Assembly (NCBI RefSeq): GCF_036321535.1
Contig: NC_087437.1
Coordinates: 94,924,001-94,988,000 of the forward strand
Source: Camelus dromedarius
Lineage: Eukaryota
DNA length: 64,000 nt
Reading direction: 5' to 3'
Position numbers and translations under genes: made by a program. Below, piece after piece: positions 39,111-50,992 of this stretch. The notes below the pieces were generated by a model. That model saw only the letters and a list, made by a program, of their open reading frames with translations, searched no databases and was not told the DNA's origin. Within the stretch, counting starts at the first letter, position 1. Each line of letters opens with the position of its first letter.

Positions 39111-39486
39111 GGGCTCTTTTTCTAATTGCATTCAGATTTCACTCACTTCTAATCAAGCAGGTGAGTTAACACATCCCACATTGTCATCCTGGAGGTCCCA
39201 GCTTCTGCATGGTGGGCCTTTATTTTCAAAAACTAACAAAAGTTTTGGAAGGAGCTGGTGGAGTTGAAGGAACCAGAAATGTCTCTAGATACTTTAATAA
39301 GAAAGGGATTTAATACAAGAAATTAGGTGCTTGCAAAATCATTGGAAGAAGAGAAGCTAGACCTCTGAAATAATTTACCCAATAATGATTTACTTATCAG
39401 GTAAATCAGCTCAAGAAGTCTACCAGAGAAGCTATGTGTCAATCAAGAAAAGAGGTATCACTAAATGAGATATCAAGAGGCAACAT

Positions 39487-39809
39487 AAATACAAAACAGA
39501 AACAGACTCATAGACATAGAATACAAACTTGTGGTTGCCAGGGGGGAGGGGGATGGGAAGGGACAGACTGGGAGTTCAAAATTTGTAGATAATGACAGGC
39601 ATATGTAGAATAGATAGACAAGATTATACTGTATAGCACAGGGAAATATATACAAGGTCTTGTGGTAGCTCACAGCGAAAAAGAATGCGACAATGAATAT
39701 ATGTATGTTCATATGTAACTGAAAAATTGTGCTCTACACTGGAAATTGACACAACATTGTAAACTGACTATAACTCAATTAAAAATTAATTAATTAATTA
39801 ATAATAAAA
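39487..39809 (+). mobile_element. Young 5'-truncated L1 (camelid-type 3' UTR) with TSD
   Basis: caaaacagaaacagactcatagacatagaatacaaacttgtggttgccagggggg...tail. Perfect 12-bp TSD aagaggcaacat at 39475-39486 and 39810-39821. Confidence 0.9.
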
Positions 39810-39929
39810 AAGAGGCAACATGGAAATGAAATTACTTGACATTCAAGGTTTCCAAGTCTGTCAATGAACTTATTTCTGAAAGTGTAAAATATACCCAATT
39901 CACATTCACTGTGATAAATTACATCTTGT

Positions 39930-40075
39930 GTGCACTTAGCACTGTTTGTTTGGCATTATCTTGTGTAATCCTCATGGCGACTTGACAGAGTGGGTTTTAT
40001 TATCTATTTCTCAGATGAGGAAACTGAGTCAGAGACAGATTAAAGCAGTTTTCTTGATTTGCCACAACTGACAAA
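39930..40075 (-). mobile_element. MIR fragment
   Basis: taatcctcatggc...tttctcagatgaggaaactgag. Confidence 0.75.
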
Positions 40076-40479
40076 TTCAGGGGATCTAGCCTCTCTTCTC
40101 ATTTGCTTTTCATACCAAAGTAGGGGTTATCTGTAGTAAGCTTCATGTAATATTAATACCTGCAAAGTCAGCATGTATAAGCTTTCAAATTACCACAGTT
40201 ATCCAATTAACCCATGGTTACTTTTATAGCCTTTAGTGCTTCTCTTCAGGAGCAGGCTAATGAATTTCAGTACAAATAATTATACAAGTGGGAAACAAAG
40301 GTCATGGAAAAAATGGAACACTTCATAATAACTGTTACATAAAGGGCTTTTTATTCCCCCCAAATCCATTTTAAAGATTGAAGTCTTGGCAGAAACCTAG
40401 TCGATTTTAATTCTAGGGCTCCTCAGTTCTAATAAAAACTTTAAAAACTAATGATAATGATAGCAATTTATTAAGTATA

Positions 40480-40770
40480 ACACCTTAATTTTTCAGATGA
40501 AATAAGAGAAGCATACATGTCTAGTAAAAATATAAAAACATGCATGGAATGACTGACTCACATCAACTTCAAGGTGCTGGTTGTCTCTGGGAAAACGAGA
40601 AGAAAGGGATAGGAATATGGCTATAGCAGTATCTGTAAATTTCAGTTTCTATTTAAAAAGAGAACATAATCCAAACGTGGCAAAAACTTAATGAGTGCTT
40701 ATGCGAAGTGTAAATGAGTATCTATTATATTTGTGTAGTTTTATGCATATGTGAAAGATATCATAATTTG
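40480..40770 (+). mobile_element. Ancient L1 (L1ME-like) 3' fragment
   Basis: catcaacttcaaggtgctggttgtctctggg...aaacgtggcaaaa. Confidence 0.55.
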
Positions 40771-43700
40771 AGATTAAATGAGTTTTGAGAAATTAACATT
40801 AATTGTTAAGAATTATTGAGGTTCTATCAGATTCCATAATGTAATATGGCACACTTTATCTTATGTTTCATGCTAGCATCTGCATTTTGAAAATGATCTA
40901 TAATAGAACTTCGAAAAATTACCCTAAATTGGTAGAGCTATGTTAAAATAAAACCAAAAGAAGAAGAAAAGAAGTTTACCCAAGACTTAAATCTTATAAA
41001 ATTTGTTTTTGATGTGTTGGGATTTTAACGTTCATTCAGGTCAAACATGACCTCAGTTTTCAAAGATCTAATTCAGAAACAAATGCCTGAAATGGAATTT
41101 TCTGTTTAAAAAAAAAATGAAAGAGACACTATGATGTAACTTAACATCAAGAATATGAAAAGCTACATAAAATATTATGTCATTCCACTTATGGTTTTAA
41201 ATACATACAGCATGTAATTATTATGCTAGATACCTCTGTTATCTTTTTTTCAAATGCAATTTAGGTGTTTTCGATGTAAAAAAACCAGTAGAGACAAGGA
41301 AAATCCTTTCACAAAGAACTACAGAGAATTAAATTACCATTTCTAGAATAGGAGTTTGGCAGAGAAATCCTCATTAGTGAAAATGTTCTAAAGAGAATCC
41401 GTCAAACTATTCACTCTATAATTTAACCAAGACATTGCTGTGAACTAACCAGAGACAGGACACCCCTATTCACCACAGCCTTTCATGTACGTGTAGTCCA
41501 TGTAGTTCGTTTTAACCTATCTTTCTCTTATCTGTTTTGACCTTAAGTTTCCATTAACAGTAGTAGTTCTACGAGGAGAAAAGTTGTATAAGATGAAGTT
41601 CAGAATTGTACTCAATAATTAAAGATTATCTTTAAAGTAAAAATTAAAGAGAAGCTCCTAGACACAAATTCTGTTATTACCATTTTATTAAGATATAATA
41701 GATTTCTCTAGAACTTAAATCAAAATGAAGTATTAGAATGACTGCATGAACTTGTAAAAGTAATTGGACACTAGGATTCTGTTATTGATGTTTATAAGTG
41801 ACTACTTAGGTGAACAAGTGAAATGCTGAGGAAAAGTTAAAACAAGGCCACTTTCAATGACAGAAGTGCATTTTTTACACAAGTAGATACAACTATCCCA
41901 TTACTTCTGCTGCCTTACATAAATTACACATTTATACTTGGAGTACTTTCTATACTTTCTATGCATCAAAGAAATAAAGAGTAGTTGATAAAACTCAGTT
42001 TTTATCGTTCATACTAGATTCACTTAAATTTGCTTTGCAAGCAACTATCAGAATCAAGCAGTTCGACTGAAATCAAAGTCATAGGGATTACTTAGAACAT
42101 GAAATAAAATGCATATGACATATTTTTGGTATTGATAGCATTCTGACATAGAGTAAGAAATTATTTGATTGTTTTATCAGAAATAGATTACACTGCCTTT
42201 ACATAGACACCTGTATTCTACTGTAACTAAAACAGTTTGGTTTTTGTCAAGTTCAAGGGAGATTTTTATACTTTGAGCTTAAAATTGCTTTAACACTTCA
42301 TTTCAGCCAAATAATAATTTTAAAAGACATAATGTTTAAAACTCAGAGTGCTACACACATGTCAATTAATAAGCTTCATTTAAGTAAGCAGCCAAGAGTA
42401 TCAACCAATTTCCAAAAAATTACTTATATTGAAGGTTGTAATGATTACATAATATGCTCACAATACAGGTAATTTAGAAAATAAAGAAAAGCACAAAGTA
42501 AAAATAACATCATCCACACCCAACATTTTAATATGCAAGCAGTTCTCATTATCCATCTGCAATCATGAGCAAAGTTCACTTAAAGAGAACTCTCACACAC
42601 ACAGGAACACACACAAAAGGCAAGTGCAAATTTCATTAAAACTGAAAAGGTCATTAGGAATTTTTTAAAAATAAACCACAAAAAAGTTATTTATGGCATG
42701 TTCAATAAAATATGTTCTATGTTTGTGACTCTATCTTCATTATAATAATGAATCAAGCATCAAATCTAATACAATTTCTCTGGTAAATATTATGTGATGG
42801 AAAGATCTGAAATCCATCACTACACATTTGATTTTACCAGAATTATCCTATTCATTGTGTAGTACCGATCTTACCATACTTAACAGATTTTCTCATCCTC
42901 AACCTTCAACTGATCTCACTCTGAAAAATCTCATCTGTCAATGTTTTTTCTGTAATCTAAGTGATTCTCCAACAATGCTTTTATGGAAATCTCTTTTTTT
43001 GTGTGTGAGATCCTGTATCTATGGTCATATTTGCTATTTTACCTTACAAATTATATGTGTTGTGTTTGCTTTGGATTATTGGATTAGCTGAGCCTGATCT
43101 ACAAAGACTGACTGAAAGAGTGGGGATAGGTGCTAGATGCAAAGAGGGGAGGATATCTGAGGGGAATACATTTATATTTGATGACTTTGTTAATGAATAT
43201 TTTCTGTTCTAACAAAATTCACTTTCCCTGTGCAACTTCAGTACTTTGGGTACTCATATAATGAATATGAAGATAGTAAGTACTTATTATTTATCATTCT
43301 CATGTTTTTGTGTATACATATTATATTTTAGCTTATATTATACTTTAAAAAAATCCATGCATGCTATTTGTAACCTAATGTTTTTACCTTCGATGTCATG
43401 AAAATTTTAATAATGCATTATGTCATTCACGAGAACTTACTCAGAAGCAGTCTAATTAAAATTGACTGCGGATTTAGAACTTAGCACTTGCTCAAGAGTT
43501 TAGGTCTTCACAAAAATAGTTCATTCTTAAGATAATGAATGCACCGAACACTGTCATTTGTTGATTTAAATTCTTACAATACATGAGTAAAATTCTAGTA
43601 AAACTCCAGTTCTTTCTATAGTTTAGAATTTGTTCCAGATTATCAAAATAGAATTATTTGTGTTATTTCTTCATGTTAGCGTACTGAAAGGAAACATATT

Positions 43701-44599
43701 TGAAGCAATTAAGATTCATTAAAAATGTTGCTAATTTAATGAAACCCCAAGAATGCGACATCACAGTAATAAAAATGAACTGCACTAGTAGATTCTAATA
43801 AAAAATATACAGCTTTATGGTTCCCAGAGGGAGGTCATAAATGGTAAGAATGGTAAATCTCTGATTTATATGCTTTTAGAAATCTCTTAACTAGCCAAAC
43901 AAAGACAGTATCTTTTCCTTCATATGGTAAGTTCTTTTTTATTTTTAAAATATAATATTTGCTTTATTAAAAAGAAATAATTGTTAGAACAGTGTTTTTT
44001 TCAACTTATTAAGTTGCTTTAATTATAAGCAAGGTATCCAGCTATGTGAACGGCAAGTCTGTTACCATAAGAAAATTTATAAGATTTTTCCAGTATAACT
44101 AAGAACTTTCCATTATGCATAACCTTACTTCAGATTTAACAGAAACAAAACAAGCAAGAATTAGAATCCAAATTAAAACCTCTAGAGACCCACAGGAACT
44201 GGCAGAAACAGTCCATTCTACAAAAATAAATATTTCCCATAGCCATATACACAGCAGGAGCTCCATAAATACCAACTGATGGCCATAACCAACATTACTG
44301 AGATTGGTTGACATCTTTCAGACTAATGGTATGTAACTTCAGGGTGTGCTCTTTCCACCACATACATGTTACACTGAGACTTTTTTCACAGCACTCTCAT
44401 CTTTCTTCTGCAATTTTGGTTCCTAAGTTGGAGAAAGTGATGCATACATATAAATATTTTAACAATATCAATAGTAACATACATTTGCAGAGCATGCTTT
44501 CTTTCTCTATATACTACTCACAGTCAGCATGGAACTTATGAGCTAAAATTACTGCATGAAATCCAAATTGGATCTAAGAATACTTGCTGGTTTTTCGCC

Positions 44600-45400
44600 T
44601 AAAGCAAACTGGAGCTTGCCAGATTGCTCTCTAAAACAGCTACACCATTTGACACTCCCACCAGTAGTGCAAGGGAGTGCCAATCTGTCAGGTGCATAAC
44701 CATATCATATGACTTAATTTTCATTTCTCTGTGCATTAATGAGTTGGAGCATCGCTTTTTATGCAGTAGTCTTTGGGGATTCCTCTTCTGTAAATTGCCT
44801 GATATAAACATTGCTCATTTTTCCCTTATAGTCATTGCTTTTTCTCCTGTTGATTTTCAGGAGTTCTTTGTTGATTTTACATATTTTAAATATCTTTTCC
44901 CTTTAGTCATGTGTCTGTTTTCTTTCTCCACGGTGTCTGAAACAGAATTCCTTCATTTTCGTATGTCATAGCATCTTACTGTGTCTTATGGTTTTGCTTT
45001 TAAATTAGTCACAAAGATAGACTCCAACATTTTTTCTGTTAACAAGGTTTGCCTTTCATATTTTGGCTTTTAATGCATGTTAAAGCCACCTTTTACATGG
45101 TGGGTTTTTTTTTTTTTTCTTCATGTAATGTCAGTTTTCTCCATACTGTCTATCAAAGACATCTGCCTTTTCTCTGTTGGTAGCAACTTTTTCTAGACCA
45201 CGTCTCCATAGCTGTATGGGCCTGCCTTGAAACTCTGTGTTCTGTTACATTACAGGGTTTGGGTTAGGGTCAGGGTCAGGGTCAGGGTCACAGTTAGGGT
45301 CAGGGCTAGGGTTAGGGTTAATCTATGCATCTGGTCTTGCACTGATACTACAGTGATTTCGTTGGTATGGTTTTGTAGTAGTCCTTCAAATAAGATAGGG
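44600..45400 (-). mobile_element. Old L1 fragment (ORF2 end/3' region) carrying a telomere-like insertion
   Basis: tgccagattgctctctaaaacagctacaccatttgacactcccaccagtagtgc...ttaattttcatttctctgtgcattaatgagttggagcatc. Confidence 0.8.
45254..45320 (+). repeat. Interstitial telomere-like hexamer array (TTAGGG/TCAGGG variants), 11 units
   Basis: AGGGTT TGGGTT (AGGGTC)4 ACAGTT AGGGTC AGGGCT (AGGGTT)2 A; hexamer phase kept throughout. Confidence 0.9.
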
Positions 45401-45474
45401 CAAGGTCATGATCGTCTCTGTGAGTCATCTCATCCAAGAGCATGGATTGTGTCTGTGTTAATTAAGATGATCTA

Positions 45475-45630
45475 GTAATGTGACCTTAAGGTAAGTGACC
45501 TCTCTAAGGCTCAGGATGATGTTAATAGTACCTAATGCATATGATTGTGTGAGAAATAAAGGATGATCATGAAGGCCTATAGCTGAACAAATGACCTTTG
45601 CATCATAAACATTTCAATAACTGTTAACAT
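45475..45630 (+). mobile_element. MIR fragment
   Basis: tgtgaccttaaggtaagtgacctctctaaggctcag...taatagtacctaatgcat. Confidence 0.65.
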
Positions 45631-46044
45631 TAAGAACAAATAATAAAAAAGAATATAACTCAAAGGAACAAAACCAGGTTTTGCTCTTTTTAGGGGATGG
45701 AGATGACCTGCACAACACTACAGTTACATGTTTATTTTACTTTAATAACATCCATTAAAAACATTTGATTTATTTGTCAGTGAAGAACAATCTGAAAAAA
45801 TAAACTTTCATGCTATTGTGTCATTAGTTAGTATTATTTCTGGAAATAACCTAACTTCATGTAAAATGGTTTTTACTAATTCCATTTTAAACTTGACCAG
45901 CACTGGACTGAAATAATTTTTAATTGCCTACCTACTACATCTTTCAAATAATATGACAGTGAAAGAGTTCAGAATTCCTCATGAGAGAATCCAGAATTCC
46001 ACAAAACTGTAAGAACAAATCTGCACCTAGCTGCACTCTTCAAA

Positions 46045-46200
46045 TGAGTGGTTCTTGACCTGAGTTTCCATACCCAGTATGTGTTTCAGGCCAATTAATC
46101 AGAATCCCCAGGGGCGGAGCACAAACACTGGCATTTTTGTTTTAAAATCTCCTCTAGGTGATTCTAATGAGCTAGCAGAGTAGAGAACCACAGCTCTGCT
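46045..46200. mobile_element. MER5A hAT-Charlie MITE
   Basis: agtggttcttgacct...aatcagaatccccagggg...ctaggtgattctaatg...gagaaccacagctct; terminal inverted repeats gtggttct/agaaccac. Confidence 0.8.
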
Positions 46201-49200
46201 AGAGGGTTCAGGCCACAGCCTTCCTCCTTCTCACATTAAGGTCCTAGGCTTGCGATCATTGTGAATCCCTGACCGAATGCAGTATTTGTTAAAATGAAGT
46301 GTAATTTATTCAGGTCCTTCATTGTCTTTAATTGAAGCAGAATGCCTTAAAATGAATAATAATTTGCTTCAATTACAGTCAAAGTCAGAAAAAGCCTGAT
46401 CCTCACATTTACTAAATGTCATTTTTAATTAGAGAATTTGCATATGTTGCGTGTATATGTTTGTGTGTGCATATTCTTTTTTCTTGGATGATAAGTTTTG
46501 GCTTCAGATGTGATAAAGGTAGTAGAATTTATTTCTAATAATTCTGGGTATTTCATACTATTAGGAGAAATAATGAATGCCTATTCTGAGTTCACTATTG
46601 GTTGTTGTTGTTTACTGTTTGGTGTATGTCAAGGGAACTGTATATGATTGCAGAATATTAGCAAACTCATAGGATTTTGTACTTGTAAACTGCTTACTCA
46701 ACAAAAAGCTTTCATTTGTTTAAACTAAGGTCAGTCTTTGTTTGTGACAGTAATTACTGCCTTTCAGCTGGAGATGATGTGCTGAATTTCCAAAGTATAT
46801 GGGAGCTCCATCTCCTAGGAGTCACCACGCCTTAGACAATAGCGCAAAAAGTGAACTAACACCAGGGTCTTTGTTCTATTTATAAATGTGCTAGTAGTTC
46901 ATTCCTGTTTGTGGAAATTTGTCCATATTCATTTTTTAGCTATGGCTTCCTTTCTTTTTCTTTTTTGATGTCAAATTTTGTTTGATGTATATTTAAACAT
47001 GAAAGCTTAACATTGTTAAGTCTAATAAGCTGCTACTAGTGTATGCAAACTATACATGAATACAATTGGATTTAATTAGATTTGTTTGTTTTCAGTTGAA
47101 TTAACTCAAACATGTGCATTGTTTTCACTACATACCAAATAATTTGTTTGACTGAGTCTTTAACTTTCTATCTTCTGGTTTTGGAATCATGTTAGGACAA
47201 CTTCTTTGATAACTTACTTTCACATTTCCTCATTTTATCATCAAACAAATTAAGATTTATACCAGGTCACTAGGGATTTATAGCTGCTAATTTTATACAC
47301 AGATATAGTTAACCATTCTTAATTAGAGGAATCATAAAAAGCTCCTCAAAAAAAAAACCCTGAAAATAATACCCATCATAAATAATGAAAAGACTTTAAT
47401 AATTTATAAGAGCAAAATAGCACAAGAAACTTTTATGTTCTTGTCTCTTTGGACATACAGGTCTGCATTAGTGACATTTCTTCAGAATAAGTCTCGAGGA
47501 TAGTCAAGTTTTATCAAAGTGAAGCAAAAAATATTTGCTAAAGATCTGCCAACTCCTTGTTTAAATTTTATTTTTGTTAACCAACCATTGCCACAAATTT
47601 TTAACTGCCATACTTTCAGTAATTTGGGTTTTTTCAATTCTTAAAAGAGGTACAAATAAAAATGATTCATAGAAATTGGCAAGCAGAATATTTGGAATAT
47701 CTAGTGATTACTTCTACTAGAACTAAATAACATGTTTGCCTTGTCCATGTGTTTTATGGCTGCAATTTATGATGTTTAATCAGCTTGATTCCACTCTTAT
47801 GATTGAAAATCTTGGACTCTCAGAGATTCCTGCTGATGATTTGAGCTATGGTTACATCACATAAGCATGACACTGTTGTGAGTCACAACTTTACATTTGC
47901 AGACTTTCAGGTAAAACACGTTCTCTTAGCTGAAAATCAGTTAGGTTTGAAAATAATTAAAAGAGAAGAAAATTCCCTATGTTACAAAATTGTCCATTGC
48001 ATCTGCAATGGTGTCTAATTTTTTAAATTGACCTTGTACACTATATCATAGGAAAAGTACTAGTGTCTGAGGAGTAAATGTTGAAATAGTCTCTATTATA
48101 TATATATACTTTCATAGACAGTTACAAAAAATATGTATACATATGCACACACACAAATACGGATCAACATGAGTACTGAGAAAAGATTCAATAATGGTAT
48201 TGAAGTTAGTAGGTCAAAGCCCTGACTACATCCCCTAGAGTATAATGAGATCAGCTTCAATTAAATGCAGACTCTGTGAGCTGAGCAATATATTGGTTCA
48301 CATGAAACTTGTTTTACAAAACTCATTTGCATTTATTGACATTTCATCCAATCATGCCTTAAAACTTAAATCCGAACATGAGTATCTGCAGTCCTTTAAA
48401 ATGGTTAGATTCAAGCAGATAAATGTTACCCAGAAATCCTGCCAAATTGAATTCCCTAAATGTTTTTGGTGTCAGTATAGCCTAGACAATGTTATGGGAC
48501 TGTTTACTATTTTTTATGTTATTCAACTTTAAAATACACACATACTGAAGCTGAAATAATTTTTTCTTTCAGAGTCTTGTGGTTCTCAGATTAGCAGAGC
48601 TTTGCCAAGAGTAAAACCCTAAAGAATAACTGTGAGGATCAGAGCCTTAAGCAGAAGCAAGTGGAATCACATGAAGCTCCAGGGCAAAAAAACACTGAGG
48701 AAGTCAGAGACTCTGGGAAGAGAGGCAACCTCTAGGCAGGTGGCTGACTCATTATTAATTCAGTTAAAGCTAATCATGCTCTTGTTCAGGAACTGCCTCA
48801 GATTATCATAACATGGCATCGTTTTTACAAATGTAAAATTTTATTTACAGTGACTCACATAAAGACATGGTACTGAATCATGAATTGCTAACAGAGTTTG
48901 CACTGTCTGCACTGGGGATTTGGCAGAACCCATTTGCTGCTACATTTGTTCCCAAACATGGTTTAGCCAACAAATTTGTCTTTTAACTCATGAATGTCAT
49001 TAGGCCTCTTTCTTATGTGCTGTATTGATCTCAATTCTCCGAAGAGTTCTCAGGTGCCAGAGTAGCTCTGTCTCCGTTTTAAAAAGGAGTTCTGGTTTCC
49101 AATCACGGTGAGGCTGTTTCTTCCACTGCCCCTGGAAGCCACTCAGTCAGCATAACACACAAGCACCTACTATATGCACCTCTGACCATCTGCTAGATTG

Positions 49201-49789
49201 GCATGGTGCCTGATTACAGAAAAGGACCACCCCCCTCTTCCTTGCCATAGGTGCTAATAGCCTTCAGTTTATCCAACCAGCTTTCAAAACCCTGTAAATT
49301 ATAGATTATCCTGGAAGAAATCTTTTTCTGTTCGAGAACAAAACAGTGGTGCCTGGAGCTTCTTTTCAAAGGGACCCATCTGTTAATTAAGAGTTCAAAC
49401 AATCGTCTTATCTCCAAGTCTTGCCTTCAAACTGCCCTTCTGCTTAAATCTAGGAAATATCTTTATTACAGACCTTCTCAGAATGTAAGAATCAGATAAC
49501 TACAAAAGCCCACAACCCCTATAACACGATTTCAAATAGATGTTTGAAGACTTAGTGGACACTTATTGTTTGTCACTTAACATTGGTTGTTTCAGCTATT
49601 GAGCAAAAAGTTCGGCTTAATTTAGACAGGATCATGTGAATTCATACTATGGTTCCTCTGAAGGAGATTTATTCATTGTTTGCAAATTTTTTCTTATTGA
49701 TTCTTCCATTCTTGGGCCAGCTATTATTCTCCTTAAATTCACTCTTCTTTCCATCCTAATGAAAGCTGTGTGGAAAAAAATTAGGAATG

Positions 49790-49995
49790 TGGTTTAAGAA
49801 AAAAAATAAGATTTGGGTGAGACAGGCTTTGTTTAAATTTATTACACTGCCAATGGCTGACACTGGGGAAATTAACTTCTCTAGGAAGGGGAAAAATAAC
49901 TATCTTAAAAAGATCTTGTGAACATTAACTGAAATGGTAATTTTAAAGTATCAGTACAGTGCCTGACAGTTAATAGATATTCAATAAATATTAGG
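49790..49995 (+). mobile_element. MIR fragment
   Basis: ttgtgaacattaactgaaatg...tacagtgcctgacagttaatagatattcaataaatattag. Confidence 0.6.
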
Positions 49996-50148
49996 GTCTA
50001 GTACACCTGCCATCAAATTTGCTTATCTCCTTCTAATTCATTCCCATCCTCTGCAGGGAGAGAGAAAAGAATACATGCAGCTGAGCTATTTCTCCCTCCC
50101 AGAACATGAAGCCCAGATCTTCAAGAGCTCTTTTTGGAGTTAGGGTAG

Positions 50149-50992
50149 TCCAAAGGGTACCCAGACACAATTCAAGCATGTATGTGTGTGTATGTGTGAT
50201 TGTGTGTGTAGGCTTCTCCAAACCAGCGAGCAATTTTAGGATGCCAGCAGAGTGTCTAAGAATTCAATTCAATTCTGACACTATTTGCCCAGAAATAGAC
50301 TCAGATTCCACAGGTAAAAGGCTCAGTCCCACACCACCAGCCTGCAATTCAGATGCCAGTCGCAAGCCCAGGTTATTACCTGTGCATCTGAGTGACATCC
50401 TTCTGGGGTTTGACTAATGTGCTAGAATGACTCACAGAACTCAGGAAGTCCCATTTACTCACTAGATTACTGATGAACTATGAAAAGATATTAAAGGATA
50501 CGAATCAACAGCCAGATGAAGAGGTACCTAGGGCGTGGTCCTGAACAAAGGGGCTTCTGTCCTCGGGGAGCTTGCTGCCAAGCGTCTGGTTGCCTGAAGG
50601 GGAAACCCTCCATGAAGGGGCCAAAAACTGTCCTTTGCCATTTTCATAGAGGCTTCATTACATAGGTACAATTGACTAAATCATTGGCCAATGACGATTT
50701 AATCTTAAACCCTTCTCTCCTCACCAGAAATCAGGGGTTGAGACTGAAAGTTCCAACCTTCTAATCACATGGTTGGTTCTCCTGGCAACCGGCACCCATC
50801 CTTAGGTGGTTTCCGAAAGTCACCTCCTTAACATAGCAAGATACCTTTATCATTCACCATTCTTAGGAAATTCCAAGGACTTTGGGAGCTGTGAATTAGG
50901 AACTGTGGACAAAGATAAATTATAAATGAAAAGTATATTTTGACCATCTGAATAACCAAATATGTATGCTTCCTATAAATCACAATATCACA
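50149..50992 (-). mobile_element. MER21-family solo LTR
   Basis: aattcaattcaattctgacactat...tcagattccacagg...aaatcacaatatcaca terminus (minus strand starts TGTGATATTGTGATTT). Candidate 5-bp TSD ggtag at 50144-50148 and 50993-50997. Confidence 0.85.

Larger units (their letters stand above)
34720..39460 (-). mobile_element. Decayed ERVL provirus (gag-pol remnant plus probable LTR remnant near 39260-39460)
   Basis: Minus strand at ~36230-36515 gives NAATLLANASFS...AFTWQ...NILVH*IVEIMLVNLGEQ*APVTLEAFVRH. This aligns to recalled ERVL RT YAAIDLANAFFS...AFSWQ...ITLVHYIDDIMLIGSSEQEVANTLDLLVRH. ORF 35767-36075 gives SQLGELFLPTYQ (~PHLGVLLRPIYR). Many stops and frameshifts. Confidence 0.85.

Noticed and set aside
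45227..45475. ORF with (RV)n dipeptide repeat
   Set aside because: Simply the translation of the telomere-like hexamer array within an L1 relic; no ATG start or expression evidence.
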